64,000 nucleotides of DNA from Octopus sinensis (GCF_006345805.1 NC_043009.1:32612001-32676000), one strand, 5' to 3'; positions 26,300-40,562 are shown, counted from the first letter of the stretch. Notes: a model not told the origin generated them from the sequence alone. A program made the numbers and translations.

Positions 26300-27210
26300 T
26301 TGAGAGAATATTTAACTGTTATTTCTAGCTAGTGGTACAATTGATATTGAATGGTAGCCACTAGTTTAAACTTATTGTCTGTGAAAAGAATACATTGGTA
26401 TTCAGTCGAAACGTGGAATAAATGAACAGCAACAAGTCTGTTATACAAATTAGACAATTTTGTTAGTTGGGTGTAGTATTCTTCAACGATAACAATCGTG
26501 TGATCATTTGAAGTTACTGTAAGGCAACAACTTTCCATCACTCATTAACAACACATCAACAATGTTTCATTATTTTTTATGTTAAAGCTGTGACAATCAG
26601 CTTTTACAGCCTCTGGAGTCTGCCGTCTCTTATGAGTTCATCCGGAATCCATTTACTCTGTGCACCTTTCCCATTTGACACAATACAGATGGATGGTTTA
26701 ATTGCTCACATTAAATCTTTCAGAGAGCTTTTGGCACATTTAGCTTCAATGCATTTTGATGTTTCAATGCCAGCCTTAAGTTCATTATCATCAACGATGG
26801 CTAAGCATCGTCCACAGGGTGTATCATTAAATGTTTCATCACCTGATAAAAATTTATCAGTCATTAATGACCAAAGAATCCAATCACTTTATTCTAGCCA
26901 AAATGCTAATCGCTATATCTTGCGGCTTGCTGCTGTTCCATTGAAACCTAATCTATACACTTAGAATAAACATGTTCTGACAATGAAAATTGATATGGCT
27001 ATTTCATTTCAAACAATGTCTGACTGCTTCATTGAACAATATATCACATTTTCAAACTATTAAATGATTCGGTGCAATTTTCTTCTTTTGAACTATCTCG
27101 ACGAATAACCATCAATGTAATTCTTTACACATTCTTGTTCGGAGAATCACAAAATGCAAATTCCAGTTTTAGATGTGTAAAAATATTTTTTTCATTCTGA
27201 TGCCAACATC
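26300..27210 (-). pseudogene. Decayed mariner transposase (Hsmar1/cecropia-like)
   Basis: Manual translation FLSGDETFNDTPCGRCLAIVDDNELKAGIE...NGKGAQSKWIPDELI parallels GDESLEDEERSGRPSEVDNDQLRAIIE...IGKVKKLDKWVPHEL; many stops and frameshifts. Confidence 0.6.
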
Positions 27211-27699
27211 GTAAATACAGCGTAAGGTAGAAAAACGACCGATATATTACACGGCAATTGGTACGGCGCTCCTACGTTTAAGCACGTATTAATGACGTCC
27301 CCCCGTTGCTATTGGTTTAGCGTTTGTTTATCAAGTAGCATCTTATTTTAACTCCGTGCTTAGCAGCTGGAGCGTTTATCACTAATGGCGAATCTGGTAG
27401 GCTTTCTTGTCACACCCTATCTAATTTTTTTCTAGCTATCTGCAAGATAATATACCACATATGCTATTGTCCATTAAAGGTTCCACATGATATTAGAGTT
27501 ATTCAATTTATTTAGACGTATGACATATCAAATAAATCACGTTACTCTCAGTCTCTGATTTGAGACAATCGACTTCTTCCGACATCATTGTGATAGTAGT
27601 CAGTAAGTGTTAACGACAATTAAGTGAACACTTTCATTTTGCATGCAACAAAGTGACTACAGACAATGCCGATGGTGATAATGGTGGTAATCAAAATAT

Positions 27700-28300
27700 A
27701 GAAACAAAATTGAATATATAATGTAGTGGCCGACCGTCTATCGTTGACAAAACCAAGGGAAGTTGAAAGTACGTGATTTGATGGTCTCAGTGCTGGAGGA
27801 AGCGGGCATTTATCTCCCATTAACGATATAAACAAGAATGCATTTTGCAACACAAGCCAGTATGACAGATTCGATCACGTTATCTACAATACTTCAGCTT
27901 GTTTTAAAAGAACACCTATGTAAGTGTGGATAAGTATTACCTCTCGGCATTAATAATTATTTTGTCGCTAATAAATAAAGTATGATACTCACTCTCGTGC
28001 TTGTCGAACATGTCCACTCTTACTTTAGCTTACTTGAGTCATGAAGCTTGACTTTGCAATGGTTAATATTTCTTCGATAGTGTCGAGGATATTTGCTCCA
28101 AGAGATCCAGTACAGACGTGAGTATTCCATAAATGGGAATCTATTTTGAAGTAATTGTGTTTACGGGAACACTTAGATGCAGACGAGTGTCTGAGATTAT
28201 GATAACTCTCATAAATCTTACTTATTATAAAGATTGTGCTTCTTGGTACATCTAAAATCCGAATAACTTGTGACGCAAGAAGGGCAAAAGTATTCTGAAA
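27700..28300 (-). pseudogene. Possible decayed Tc1 transposase (HTH region)
   Basis: QVIRILDVPRSTIFIISKIY...SKCSRKH resembles Tc1 IA..L.VPRSTV..II.K...GRPRK. Confidence 0.35.
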
Positions 28301-28799
28301 GCCGATGAAATTCAGTAGTACAGTCATGCTGACTTTCCAAATTTACCTGTATATTCTTTAGAGGCGTTTCGTTACCAAGCATTTTCAGTAAAAGACAAAG
28401 ATATAAATACTGTTCAAGTCTATGGAATGACAAGAGGCCTGTGTTGTATGGAATATTACTCCGTGTAACAAATGGTTATTATTAGAAAATGTCAGCGGAA
28501 TAAAATCATATTTAATATTAATTTAAAAGAAATCAAGAGACAAAAACAAATGGCTTGTTCCAGAAGTAAACTCAGGAATGAATGTGTCTAATAAAGGAAG
28601 TAATCAACGAAATGATCCCAGGAAATGCTTCTACTTGTTCCTGTTTGCAGAAAGTAAACTGATTTTTCGAGTAAAGTGACCATTATTTATTAACACATAT
28701 CGATTAAACTGTATCAATAAATATCCGATAACACATTAAACTGAATGGTATGGCTTATTTTAGTTACCTAACTCTCTTCTCTCCTTCTAATGTCACCAC

Positions 28800-28834
<35 letters not shown>

Positions 28835-29299
28835 CTCTCCCGCTCTCTCTCCCCCTCTCTCTTTCTCTCGCTGTCTTTTTGTCTTCTTTTCTCTTTGCAA
28901 TCCACTGAAAAGAAAATAACCGCACATAGTTCTATTATAAACTCATCCAAATCTCAAATTTTTAGAAATATATTTACAAATTTATTATTATTAAAGTCAT
29001 TATAGTTCCATGTGATACATTGATAAATGAACTCAATGAATGCAGGTTCGATACATTTTGAACGAAAATCACAGTGGCCCACCTCGTAAACCGCTCCATA
29101 TTATATAGTCATCAATGTCTACAATTCCAGTATGAAATTTAATGTAACTAATCACTAAACACTTACAAGGCATTACCTTTTAGGCATGGAGAAAATGCTA
29201 ATTAATTCTTTCCCAGTAAATCAATTCTTTCTATAAGAAATAATTCTTTCTATTGATGCGATAAATATTGCTGAAAGTGTGGAGAAATTAAAAAGAACT

Positions 29300-29560
29300 A
29301 ATACATATTATAGACAATATTTCGGGATTCAGAAAAAAGACCTTCGCAATCTTTGACAAATTTTCTATCCTGTTTCTGGACTTACTCAATTTCACCAGAT
29401 TTCATTTATGAACTTTCTGTCTTAAATACACAAAATATCGACTCTGATATTTTGAAAGAATTGTCTGGTCAACATTTCCCGGATCTATTTTCTGACAGGA
29501 TCGCCTAATCCAATTCGATCCCACACAGATTTTGAAACACCAGCTGATTAACATATGGCG
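29300..29560 (-). pseudogene. Possible decayed Tc1 transposase N-terminus
   Basis: AGVSKSV..RI followed, in another frame, by RSGKC.RP..SKYQSRYFV; weak. Confidence 0.3.
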
Positions 29561-30368
29561 CTTGCATACCTAGACATCACTTTTTTCCTTTTCTATTCTT
29601 TTGTTAAGATAGCCATCGAGCTGGTTATATCGATACTTAAAATTTCAACAAACTCTAGTACTGCCAATGCGCTTTACATTCTACTTTTAAAAAGACTAAT
29701 AATTTGATATTTACCAAACATCTGGATGCAAATCATGAAGGTCCTCACATCCGTATGTTTTAGCTTATTTTGTATATCTTGTCAGAAAAGCATCCGAGTA
29801 AACAATTTTTTGAAAGACTAGAAACATTTAATTTAAACATTTAATATATTTCAACTCTTTTGATATGAAGCATGCATAAAATTCTATTTTCGTTAGTTTT
29901 CGTTATTTTTTAATTCCTGGATTTTTCAAACGTCAGCTAGAAGTTTCAGCGTATTAAAGTTTGTAGACAACTCTACTGTAAAGAATGATTAACTAGCCAA
30001 ATATATTTCTAGTATCAGTAGCAGATAACGTTTGAATTTAAATGACGCCTGTGTAAATTCTGGCGCACACACATAACCTACCTATGCACATATAGCATAG
30101 TTGTATAATCGTTATTTTAAAATAGTTTTATTCAATTCACATTTAGCTATACATGCATATAGAGATATTTAACTTTACAGATGTGTGCTACTGCACATAT
30201 CTATTCATCTATATGCCTGTGAATGTGTGGGTGAGTGTGTAAAACACTATTTACAAATATATATGTATATAAATGTACGAGAATATATGTACATATATGC
30301 GTGTGTGTATATATATATATATATATATGGAGAGGTAGAGTGTACATATACTTGTACACACACACATA

Positions 30369-30416
<48 letters not shown>

Positions 30417-32004
30417 TTTATATATATATATATAGGGAGAGGGAGATACACATACTTGTACACATTCAGTCACACACACAGACGTGTACATTTGTGTGTA
30501 TATAAATATACATATTTATGAATGGATATATGTCTAATAAAATCGTCTTATTGTAATAATCAACGCCATCTTGAGCAGTGTAGCATAGACACTTGTAATG
30601 TGATATCAATTTCTGTTTCTGGAAGGAATCTTCGATTCACATATAATTAGCATTTACTAAAATTGCTATTTGGGAAAAGTTTCAGTGAAATGAAAATGGA
30701 ATGACATGTGGAAAATACGTTGCGAAAATAAGCTTATCTTAGCTCTCCAAAATATGAAAAAACTGGTAGCAATCTCTCTCTCTCTCTCTCTATCACACCC
30801 TCTCTATGTCTTTCTATCTCTCTCTCACTCTCTCTCCTGTCTGAATGTGTGTGCGTGTGTCTGTATGTGTATGTACGTTTTTATGCTAACTCATTCACTT
30901 TAAAATATCTTTGCACTCTAAGGATTGAAGTGCTCAAATCCATTTGTATTGCAAATAGCAGTCTCTCTCACACACATATACACACACACTCACACGCACA
31001 CATACGAACACTCAAACACATACACACAGTCACAGACATACACACACATATGTACATGTAGACACATTACATAGTCTTCGAGACACCGCAGTAATCTTAA
31101 CCGGTACTAATATTGGATGCGTAAACATATAGTAAGTCACGCACCAAAGACAAACATTCTACCTCCATCTCAGATTTTTCATCCAGTGGCGACCTTCCAC
31201 TCATCGTTTGGGCAATTTTTAATCAAAAAGTTCTCTTCGCTTCCTATCACATATAGAAAAAATTATTTGTCTTACCTATACCAGTCAATGTTTTAAATGA
31301 ACAGTCACTTTTTACCCTCACCTGTGATCTAACGTTTATATAGCATATCTTCATATACCAATTTGATCACACTCGAAGTGTTAGACTTCACCCTGCTCTG
31401 TTAAAGCACATTGAATAGTGATCATTCATCACCTTGGAGGTTAACGTGCCATATTCTTATTTCATTCGAGCTATTTTTATATAAACAGAAATCCTATTCC
31501 GATGACAAATTTATTTATCTGTCTATATATCGACGTTTCTCTGCATCAATCTAGATATATATATATAAATACTTTTATCCGGCAATTTGTCAGTCTCTAT
31601 ATTTATATATCTGCCAATCTGATCATCTATCCGTGATTATTTTCAGGCCTTATCGTGAAAGATATGTTCAAGCCTTAATATACTATAAACACTTGCTCAT
31701 AGCTAACTCATCATCTCTTAATAATTTCTCTTTCTACCAAATATCGAACATATAATTTAAACATTATACCTTTTCAGTTATTTCCATCATATTTCTTGCA
31801 CTCGGTTTCCTGACAGCTGGTTTCTACACTTGGAAGATATGAGCAATCCATACATATCGCTCATAGCATGCATTTATGTGTGTGTATGTGCGTGTGTGTG
31901 TATGTGTTTGTGTGCGTGTGTATCTATGCGGATACGTGTGTATGTGTATTGTGTATGCGTTGACGTAGAGCGTTTCTGTTTTAAAGACTGGAGCAATGTA
32001 AAAG

Positions 32005-32102
32005 GAAGTATGTTGCCCAAATGCACAACGCACCATTCAGACCAGGATTTGAATCCATATAGGAAAGATCTTTAAGTCAATGCCCGAACAATTATGCCAC
32101 GG
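32005..32102 (-). mobile_element. Decayed tRNA-derived SINE head
   Basis: Reverse complement reads GTGGCATAATTGTTCGGGCATTGAC...GGATTCAAATCCTGGTC...GCGTTGTGCATTTGGGCAACA. Confidence 0.55.
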
Positions 32103-32834
32103 GTATTCATAGTGTTAGCAATATTACGTTAGAGTTTGTATGGAAGTCGCAATAGTATGTAAGTCAAACTTAAAGAATCTTGTTTAATAGGGGAATTAAA
32201 TCGAAAGAAAATTGCTGCAGCACTGACTGCATTAAGGGGCCCGATAGAATAATTCCTTTATCATGAAAAAATGTATATGCTTTTAGCATGTATCCTAAAG
32301 TAAGGTATCCAGTAGGCTTAAGCCTAACCAACTACTAGACCAAGGTCAATGCGAAAGAACTGATTCACCTCTAACCTATACCCACGAGTTGTCTTGAATC
32401 ACTCATTACATTCATTGTACACTTGAAAAAAATCACGTTAGAACGTAATGCCATGATTTTAATTTTGAGTTTAATGAGAGTTGAGATATGGGAAATATAC
32501 AATATTCAGTCTGGTGCCTAAGGTACATTCATCGTATAATTTTATCCATGGCGAATTCAAATGGAAATGTTGTACCATATCTACCTTGTATTTGTACATA
32601 AAAGTGTAAAGTATAATAGTTTATTTTGCAGGCCTAAGGTACACATCGCCTTCAAGAGGATCAATGGTATAGATATGAATACACGTCGCTAATTGCGCAT
32701 AAACATAGGCATACGAGGTACGTTTGCATTGTGTTCTGTAGAAGAGTCAATTTTAGTCGATGATGATCATCATCATTATCATTATCATCATGAAAATGAC
32801 AAAAACGACGACCAACACCGGGCAACAGTGTAGT

Positions 32835-33115
32835 TCATAATGACGGCAAAGATGAAGATGATGATGATAATAATGTTAACGACAACGACAAGAAAGTTGA
32901 TGATGAGGATGATGATGATGACAACGACGACAACGATGATGATGATGGCGGCGACGACGACGACGACAACTATGATAATAACGGCGACGATAATAACGAC
33001 GTCGATGATGGTGGTAATGGTGGTGGTGGTGATGGTGACGACGATAACGATAATGATGATGATGATAATGATGATGATAGCGGCGACAACGACGACGACA
33101 TCAACGACGATGTTG
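32835..33115. repeat. Degenerate (GAT/GAC/AAT)n trinucleotide tract
   Basis: Directly visible; a similar opposite-strand (CAT)n tract lies at 51940-52380. Confidence 0.9.
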
Positions 33116-33429
33116 GTGTAAGTGTTGGAAGTGTTCACATTGAGATTTATGGTTACTTTGATTAGGTTGACATCGTTTTCTTCCGTGAATTATTTTGTTT
33201 CTGATATATCTATTCTCTTATATTTCTAGATCTTTGCCTCCTCACTTGTGAAAACTGCTTTAATGAAATGATAAATGACCCGACATGTAACGCTTCACTT
33301 ACACACTTACATACATATATACATGCATTATATATACATATATACATACATAAATATATATACATATATATTCATAAATGTGTATATATATATATCATGA
33401 ACATATATATATATATATGAGTATATTAT

Positions 33430-33486
<57 letters not shown>

Positions 33487-33501
33487 TACTCATACGCTCA
33501 C

Positions 33502-33504
<3 letters not shown>

Positions 33505-33586
<82 letters not shown>
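33505..33586. repeat. (GATA)n microsatellite
   Basis: Directly visible, essentially perfect. Confidence 0.95.
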
Positions 33587-33589
<3 letters not shown>

Positions 33590-33850
33590 AATAGATATTT
33601 CAGACAAATGATTGCTATGAATATTTCGGAAAAAGTATTCATAAGAAAAATTATATATTTTTGCTGTTCTGTAACTGCCTTGATCGATGATATAGGAAGG
33701 CATAAATAATGGATGGCAATCCCGATGCTAATATTTGTCAAGTTTAAAATCTTGTTCTGTTTTGCCTTTGTTTTTTTATGCAAAGAACTAAATTTGGCAA
33801 TTTTACATTTCAGCATATTGTTCAAAACATTTAATGGTATATGTATATTT

Positions 33851-34112
33851 GAAGGCGCGTGGCTTAGTGGTTAAGGACATTGGCTCACGGTCTTATGATC
33901 GTCTAAATGCTGTGTTTTGTCTTTCAGTAAGACTCTTTATTTCACGTTGCTCCAGTCAACACTGTGACACGCTGAATCATCCTGACGACTACGTTAACAG
34001 TTCGAACTTTGGTGGAGTACCCAGCCATTGCCCGTTAATTTCTCGAGAAACCTGTCCCGTTGAACGGATCGACTGTACGCTTGCCATCGTAATTGACGGA
34101 TTGCCATTTATG
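33851..34112 (+). mobile_element. tRNA-derived SINE, family C (internally deleted)
   Basis: GAAGGCGCGTGGCTTAGTGGTTAAGG head and CTTTATTTCACGTTGCTCCAGTC body, shared with 43026 and 47408. Confidence 0.75.
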
Positions 34113-34580
34113 GGGATTTGTGTATCTAGGTATAAAAATATGTATTATATTATTATGTACGGAATAATGGCTGGATGGATCGATGTGTATGCAAGTAGGT
34201 ATATATCCATACAAGCATGCGTTAATGCTCTTGTATTTGAAAACTATGCAAATATATTTTTTTTAAACTTTTATTTTAATTTTTCCAAAATTTAATTGTT
34301 TTCCATGCTTACAGTAGAAAAAGTCTCAATGACTGAAATTGGTACTGAAATGATTTTTTAAAAAATTATTTTAGCATTTTCTACCTTGACTTTTTTCCAT
34401 ATATATATGCTGTTGTGTCCACAGAGAGTCATTTCCTTTTGTGCCTTATAATTTAACACACTCACCGTTACAACTTCCACTTATTTCATATTTTCATTTT
34501 TATTTTCCCTAAAGAATCTTGCAAACCAAATCCTAAAACGAAATATATATATATATATATGTACATAGACAGAGACACGC

Positions 34581-34635
<55 letters not shown>

Positions 34636-34645
<10 letters not shown>

Positions 34646-35674
34646 TGTAGTTGTGTGAGTGTCTGTCCCCTTCGATTTAGATTCCTAACTACTCCCACAT
34701 TTTGCGGTGCAGTTTAACCAAATTCGGGTATCTTATAGTCGTGATTCATATCGAGCCCGTCTGGGTATTAGCGCGGGTCTACGATCAGTCTACGATTTTA
34801 AAAATAATTTAACATCATTTTTTATTCCATTTTAATGCATAATTTTTCGTGTGTCGATGGCAGCGGAGTTGGCGTCCACGCTCACACCTGCAACTGTGTT
34901 GCTTTTCCCCCTTCTTCCCTCCCTCGTGAAGCTGTGGGGAAGGGAGTTTAAGGAAATCAACGTCGTAATGCGTTGTCAAGGAGACCAGCGTTCTTTTAGA
35001 ACATCGACTTCATGGCTTGAAGTCGCCAAAACAGAAATCGCTAAAAAAGCTGAAACAGATCCACAAAAACGGCAATTACCGCCACACAGGGCAGGTTTCC
35101 TGTGCAAACAATTTGCACAACCGAATGTTTTAGTTGTTGCACAAATCTTTATATATATCTATATATATAAAACTGTAGTTGTGTGAGTGTCTGTCTCCTA
35201 CGATTTAGATTCCTAACTACTCCCACATTTTGCGGTGCAGTTTAACCAAATTCGGGTATCTTATAGTCGTGATTCATATCGAGCCCGTCTGGCTATTAGC
35301 GCGCGTCTACGATGAGTGTACGATTTTAAAAATAATTTAACATCATTTTTTATTCCATTTTAATGCATAATTTTTCGTGTGTCGATGGCGGCGGAGTTGG
35401 CGTCCACGCTCAAACACCTGCACCTGTGTTTGCTTCTCCCCCTTCTTCCCTCCCTCGTTAAGCTGTGGGGAAGGGAGTTTAAGGAAATCAACGTCGTAAT
35501 GCGTTGTCAAGGAGACCAGCGTTCTTTTAGAACAACGACTTCATGGCTTGAAGACACCAAAACAGAAATGGCTAAGACAGCCCGAATTGGCATCTATAAA
35601 GGAAGTAACTCTCTAAAAATGCTTATATAGTTATTTCCCTTACAAACCCGAGCAACGCCGGGCGATACTGCTAG
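34636..35674 (+). mobile_element. Non-autonomous Helitron with duplicated 5' portion
   Basis: Unit 2 starts A|TCTATATATATAAAACTG (TC at 35158) and ends with hairpin CCCGAGCAACGCCGGG (35647-35662) then CTAG|T (35671-35674). Unit 1 (~34636-35050) is a near-identical 5' copy with no 3' end. Confidence 0.85.
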
Positions 35675-36617
35675 TATATATATATATATGTTTATATAAA
35701 CATGTATGCGTTTGTGTGTATGTGCATAGATTTATTAAATTATAATTTTCTTCATATACATATGCATACATACTTTCAACTATGAATATTTCGGAATACA
35801 TTCAACCAACACACCAACTCAAGCAAAGAAAACTCTAAACTCAAAATGATCATACATACATACATATGTTTGTACAATTATAAACCACCTATTCGTGTCA
35901 CTACTTTGGATCTTTAAATAACAAACCATGAACTTTGAGTCACTTTTATCTATTTCTTCTTACTTGAAATTCAAAGCATACTCTGGCCAGCCAGTAAAAG
36001 TCCTTCCAGCATTACGCTTGACCAGGCAGATATTGATGCCAACTATCCGTTAAACAACAACCTGCACTTTTCAGAAAGACAGGAATCATTGATCAAAATT
36101 TTCTTTGATACAATATCCCCTAAAACAAAGGTGTTAATTGCAAAATATTCTTTGATCGTATGTTCGCTTTTACAGTATTCAGGGTTCATATCCGATAAAA
36201 AGATAAGTTAAACATTTGCTCCCTCATTGCCACTCATATACTCCCGCTCGCTTTCAATTACTGTGCAATCAATATTATTGACCGGGATCCACTATATCTG
36301 TACGAAATGACACCTGAAACTGGTCACTTGGTGAACTTTATATCATATTTACAGAAGATCGTATTTTTTTTACCAAAATTATTTGTAGGAATTCTATTCC
36401 TAGCCATAACTGCTAATAGCTGAACTCTTGCAAACTGGATCTGACTGCGCATTGGTGTAAACTAGAATCACAATATGGAACTATAGCTACAAGAAATGAA
36501 ATATGCATATAGATATATGTGTGTATCTGTGTGTCAGTATGTCTGTGTATGTGCGTACGTGTGTGCATGTATACAGAGATGAACATTTGCATGCATGTAT
36601 GTATATATGAATTAATA

Positions 36618-37885
36618 CGAGGGGCGACCCACTTCCTATAGCAGTAGAGCAACGAAACTTGGCACAGTTATTAGTATTTTTCTACATAGGAACCACCCAG
36701 AGTTACACATTTCCACCATCGTTTGATGCAGCTCTGGAGACCATTTTTGTAGAAGACCCCAGTTTGATCCTCCAACGTGAACGTGACTTCAGAAATCAAG
36801 GCTGCATCATCTGGGAAACGCTTTCCTTTCAAAAACAACTTCATGACTGGGAAGAGGTGAAAATGAGAGGGTGCAATGTCAGGAAAGTAGGGGGATGGGG
36901 GAGGAGTTCATAGCCATACGCCTGTGCTTCTGATCTGGCGACAAGCGAGTTGTGGACCGGAGCGTTGTCCTGCAGGAGGATGCCTTTGCTGATCTTGCCC
37001 CGCCTCTTGATTTTGATAACTTCTCTTAATTTCCACAAAAGTGAAGCATAATAGGCTCCTGTAATTGTGGTACCCTTTGCCAGGAAATCTGTCATCACTA
37101 CTCCGTCCTAATCCCAGAAGACTGTGAGCATGACCTTGCCAGCGGAGGGCTGCACCCATGCCTTCTTTGGAGAGGGTGAGTCACGGTGCTTCCACTGCAT
37201 TGACTGGGCTTTGGTCTCTGGATCATCGTGATGGACCCAGGTTTCATCCTGTGTAATCAGTCTTTTGAAAAATTTTGACTCATCTTCTTGGCACATCTCC
37301 AAATTCATCCTCGAGCACTCGACGCGTTCTTGCTTCTGGAAAAGCGTGAGCAACCTGGGAATCCATCTGGCAGACACCTTTTGCATATGCAAATGGTCAT
37401 GAATGATAGTTTCCACAGACTCGGTACTAATCTTGACCTCATGGGCTATTTGGCGAATAATTATGCGTCGATCTTCCAAAATGGCAGCCTCAACTTGACG
37501 GACAGATGCCTCATCAATGGCAGAAGGGGGCGACCAGATCTGGGAGCTGTTTCCACAGAGTTCCAACCATGTTTGAATTCACGATCCCAGCGTTTTACAA
37601 GGTCATATGATGGGGCATCATCACCATAAGTTACTTTCATTTCATCAAAAGTCTCCCATGGTGTGCATCCTTTCAAATACAAAAACCGGATCACTGCTCG
37701 ACACTCAACAGGCTCCATTTCACACTTGACTCATTTCAAACACCTGTAAATCAGAAACCACAATTAGTTCAGAGCTGTAATTTGTTACTTACTCTATAGA
37801 GATATAAATATTTGCACATGCAAAGTTTCAGCTAGATCAAACAACTGCAAATGGGTCAGAGGCATTACTTATTGAACGTCCCTCG
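36618..37885 (-). mobile_element. Near full-length mariner transposon, irritans (Himar1-like) type
   Basis: TA|CGAGGG(G/A)CG termini with TA duplication at 36616-36617 and 37886-37887; 1268 bp; contains a disrupted transposase. Confidence 0.95.
36671..37718 (-). pseudogene. DD34D mariner transposase pseudogene
   Basis: MEPVECRAVIRFLYLKG...WIPRLLT...QDETWVH...SAGKVMLTVFWD*...LQDNAPVH...HPP(Y)FPDIAPSDFHLF...SYVEKY*. Frameshift near 37530, nonsense at ~37108, 1-bp deletion near 36890. Reconstructed D-to-D spacing is 34. Confidence 0.95.
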
Positions 37886-37941
37886 TACATCTGTTTGTAT
37901 ACCACCGGCCTACGTCTTTTGTTTTTTTCGTAAACTCTCCC

Positions 37942-37945
<4 letters not shown>
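37886..37945 (+). repeat. 3' part of the hammerhead-associated Penelope-like repeat, abutting the mariner TIR
   Basis: TACATCTGTTTGTATACCACCGGCCTACGTCTTTTGTTTTTTTCGTAAACTCTC matches 50455-50518 and the reverse complement of 58463-58522. Confidence 0.8.
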
Positions 37946-37987
<42 letters not shown>

Positions 37988-39368
37988 ATATACACACACA
38001 TATATATATATATATATACACATATATATACATACATACATACATACATACATACATACATGCATATATGTGTGTGTGGTATCCGCTGAACTACCATCTG
38101 TCTCAGTTATCTCGTACATATACTTTAAAACATGTCTAGTTATAATTATCCTCATAGTCTTAACTAAAATAAATGTCTTGTTCTCCAAACATTCTGCTTG
38201 CTAACTGCATGCACGAATTCACTTAATGCCAACACTTCCGTATTCATGTTAACAGAATGCTACCGGTCTTAAGTTTATTACTCTAGTGCATTTGAGACAG
38301 AGTACGTTTTATCTGTCATTTATTCTCACAATGCTCTGCATTGTATATTTATCGGAGCGTGCCTATTAAACTTGCTGGGGCAAGAGTTCATCCAGTTTAT
38401 CGGAATTACAACGATATAACTCTGGAAAGTCTCTGGACACTACTTCCGCTTTTAATATTCCAAACGTAAATAACCTCTCGTTAAATCATTTTCACTTTTG
38501 TTCTCTGATCAGTGATCATTTGTTTGATGTTCTACAAATAGCCAGTTATGCAAACCAGTGGTAGTATACTCTTAAGAAATGCGACGAACTTAATCTCATA
38601 GTGTTGGTTTTAGAAATATCTTTGATTATAACATGGTACCTCAAAATAAGTTGTCTATGCGCGCCACATGTCCCTCCAACTATCAAACGAGTTCCCTCTA
38701 ATTCTCTTGAATACTTTCAAATATGACTAATGTAAGATTATCTCTCTCCCACTCTCCTATATTTATATTACCGGCCGTTTTCTATTAATTTAATCCACAC
38801 CACATTACTATGAGGCTAATACCAACCGCCATTTATCTAATATGGACACAGGGGCGCAGAAAATTTCCTGCAAACGGAATATTCTAATTTCATGTCATTA
38901 AATGATACCGATACACACACATACATATATATATTTATATGTGTATATATGTATACATATATATGTGTGTGAGTGTGTGTGTATATATGTATATATATAT
39001 ATATATATATGTGTGAATGCAAATTAATTCTTTGTTGCCATAAAGTGATCGGTATTGTGGTTTTATTTTTTTATTTGCTGCGGTTTCATTTCATTATAAT
39101 TTGTGTAAAGTTTTTGTTACAAATTTGAATAATTGTTCAATAGAAGAAATGTACGTATAATGGAGAAATATATTCTGTATGAATTCCTCCAGTATTTACT
39201 TGGATTTCTGATTCTTGTAATGTACAGACTCTGACACAATCGATTAAATTAACCAACTTTCCTGATATCTAAAGCAATATGAATGACCTGAAATCTCAGA
39301 CGTCAACCGACACATCTTCATTCATAAACTCTCTTCAAGACGACATTTCTAACATCAGATAAAGTATT

Positions 39369-39403
<35 letters not shown>

Positions 39404-40562
39404 GTCAAATTAGTATGTCTCATTCCTTAATTTGTTTGTTCAATTTATTTCAGAAATTAATAGAAACTATAAACGTTGGTAGATTTGTTTGAGACGATTT
39501 TGTAGACGCCATCTTATCAAGAGATACTTAAAGGAGAAACGAAATAATAATTGTCTTACTCTGTGCAGCAGTGTGATAGGAGAGAGAGGGAGAGTTAGTG
39601 GAGTAGGGGAGTATGTTATTTGAGGATGATGTGCATGTTACTTCCAGCAGATCAACTGATCATTTTAGAGCTTTCGTAAACTCTACTATTCACTGTTCTA
39701 TTTTATTTTATTTCAAGTTATTGTACCACGACATGATGGGATAGAACGCAGTCATATGGATCGTGTATTCGATCAACAGTCAAGGAATTTTCACAAATAG
39801 TGTAGAAGTATATTTACATATGAATGTATGTTTGTATGAATGCACAGACAGATAATTATACCTGTAGGTGTGTACATATACTGCACAACTTAAATTGCTA
39901 CCTTTACTCTTCTAATATACATTACCGTGAAGAATGACACGACCAAGGCTTTGGCTGTTGTTAAACATGCGAATTAAGAATGTAAGCAGAGAGATTATAA
40001 CATATCAACAGGCTCATAACGCCGTCACAGTTGTGATTTATAGCTACTATAATTGGGTTAGCGTAAGACTTGCTTCATAAATGTAATCTGCATATTAAAT
40101 ACCACCCTTACATTTACGTTGGCCATGTAAATAATACATGTAATATTAGCTTAGTCACTTCTCACAGCCTCTATTATAATAAACGAATAGTCACATGTAT
40201 CATGCAGCAATTTGAAACAATTCATATGATCGTTAAGGATTCCTGTTAGCACAGATGTTTTCCAAAATTAAGGAACATTGTCTGTTAAATAGTCCTCCAT
40301 CAAGTAATCTATTAGCGAAGGGAGTGAAGTTTGACCTTTCGTAGACTAATCCGACAGAAAAGGGTAAACGAAAGAGAGAGTATATGGGATGGTATTGTGT
40401 TTAAATATTTTGAAAAATTCTGTTTTATTTTAGTGTTTTCGTGCTAAATGTTCTATATTAAACATTTATATGTGTGTTGAACATGTTTTCAAATTTCAGT
40501 CTTTCCATTATTTTTGGCCATGCTATTTTGCCAACGACAAGCTTTCTCTCTCTCTTTCTCTT

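Noticed and set aside
34851-35630. Two paralogous ORFs starting MSMAAELASTL
   Set aside because: They lie inside the duplicated non-autonomous Helitron body; no Rep or helicase motifs.
35960-36360. Repeat-free stretch with ~80-codon open frames
   Set aside because: No recognisable protein motif, start codon or convincing splice-site pair.
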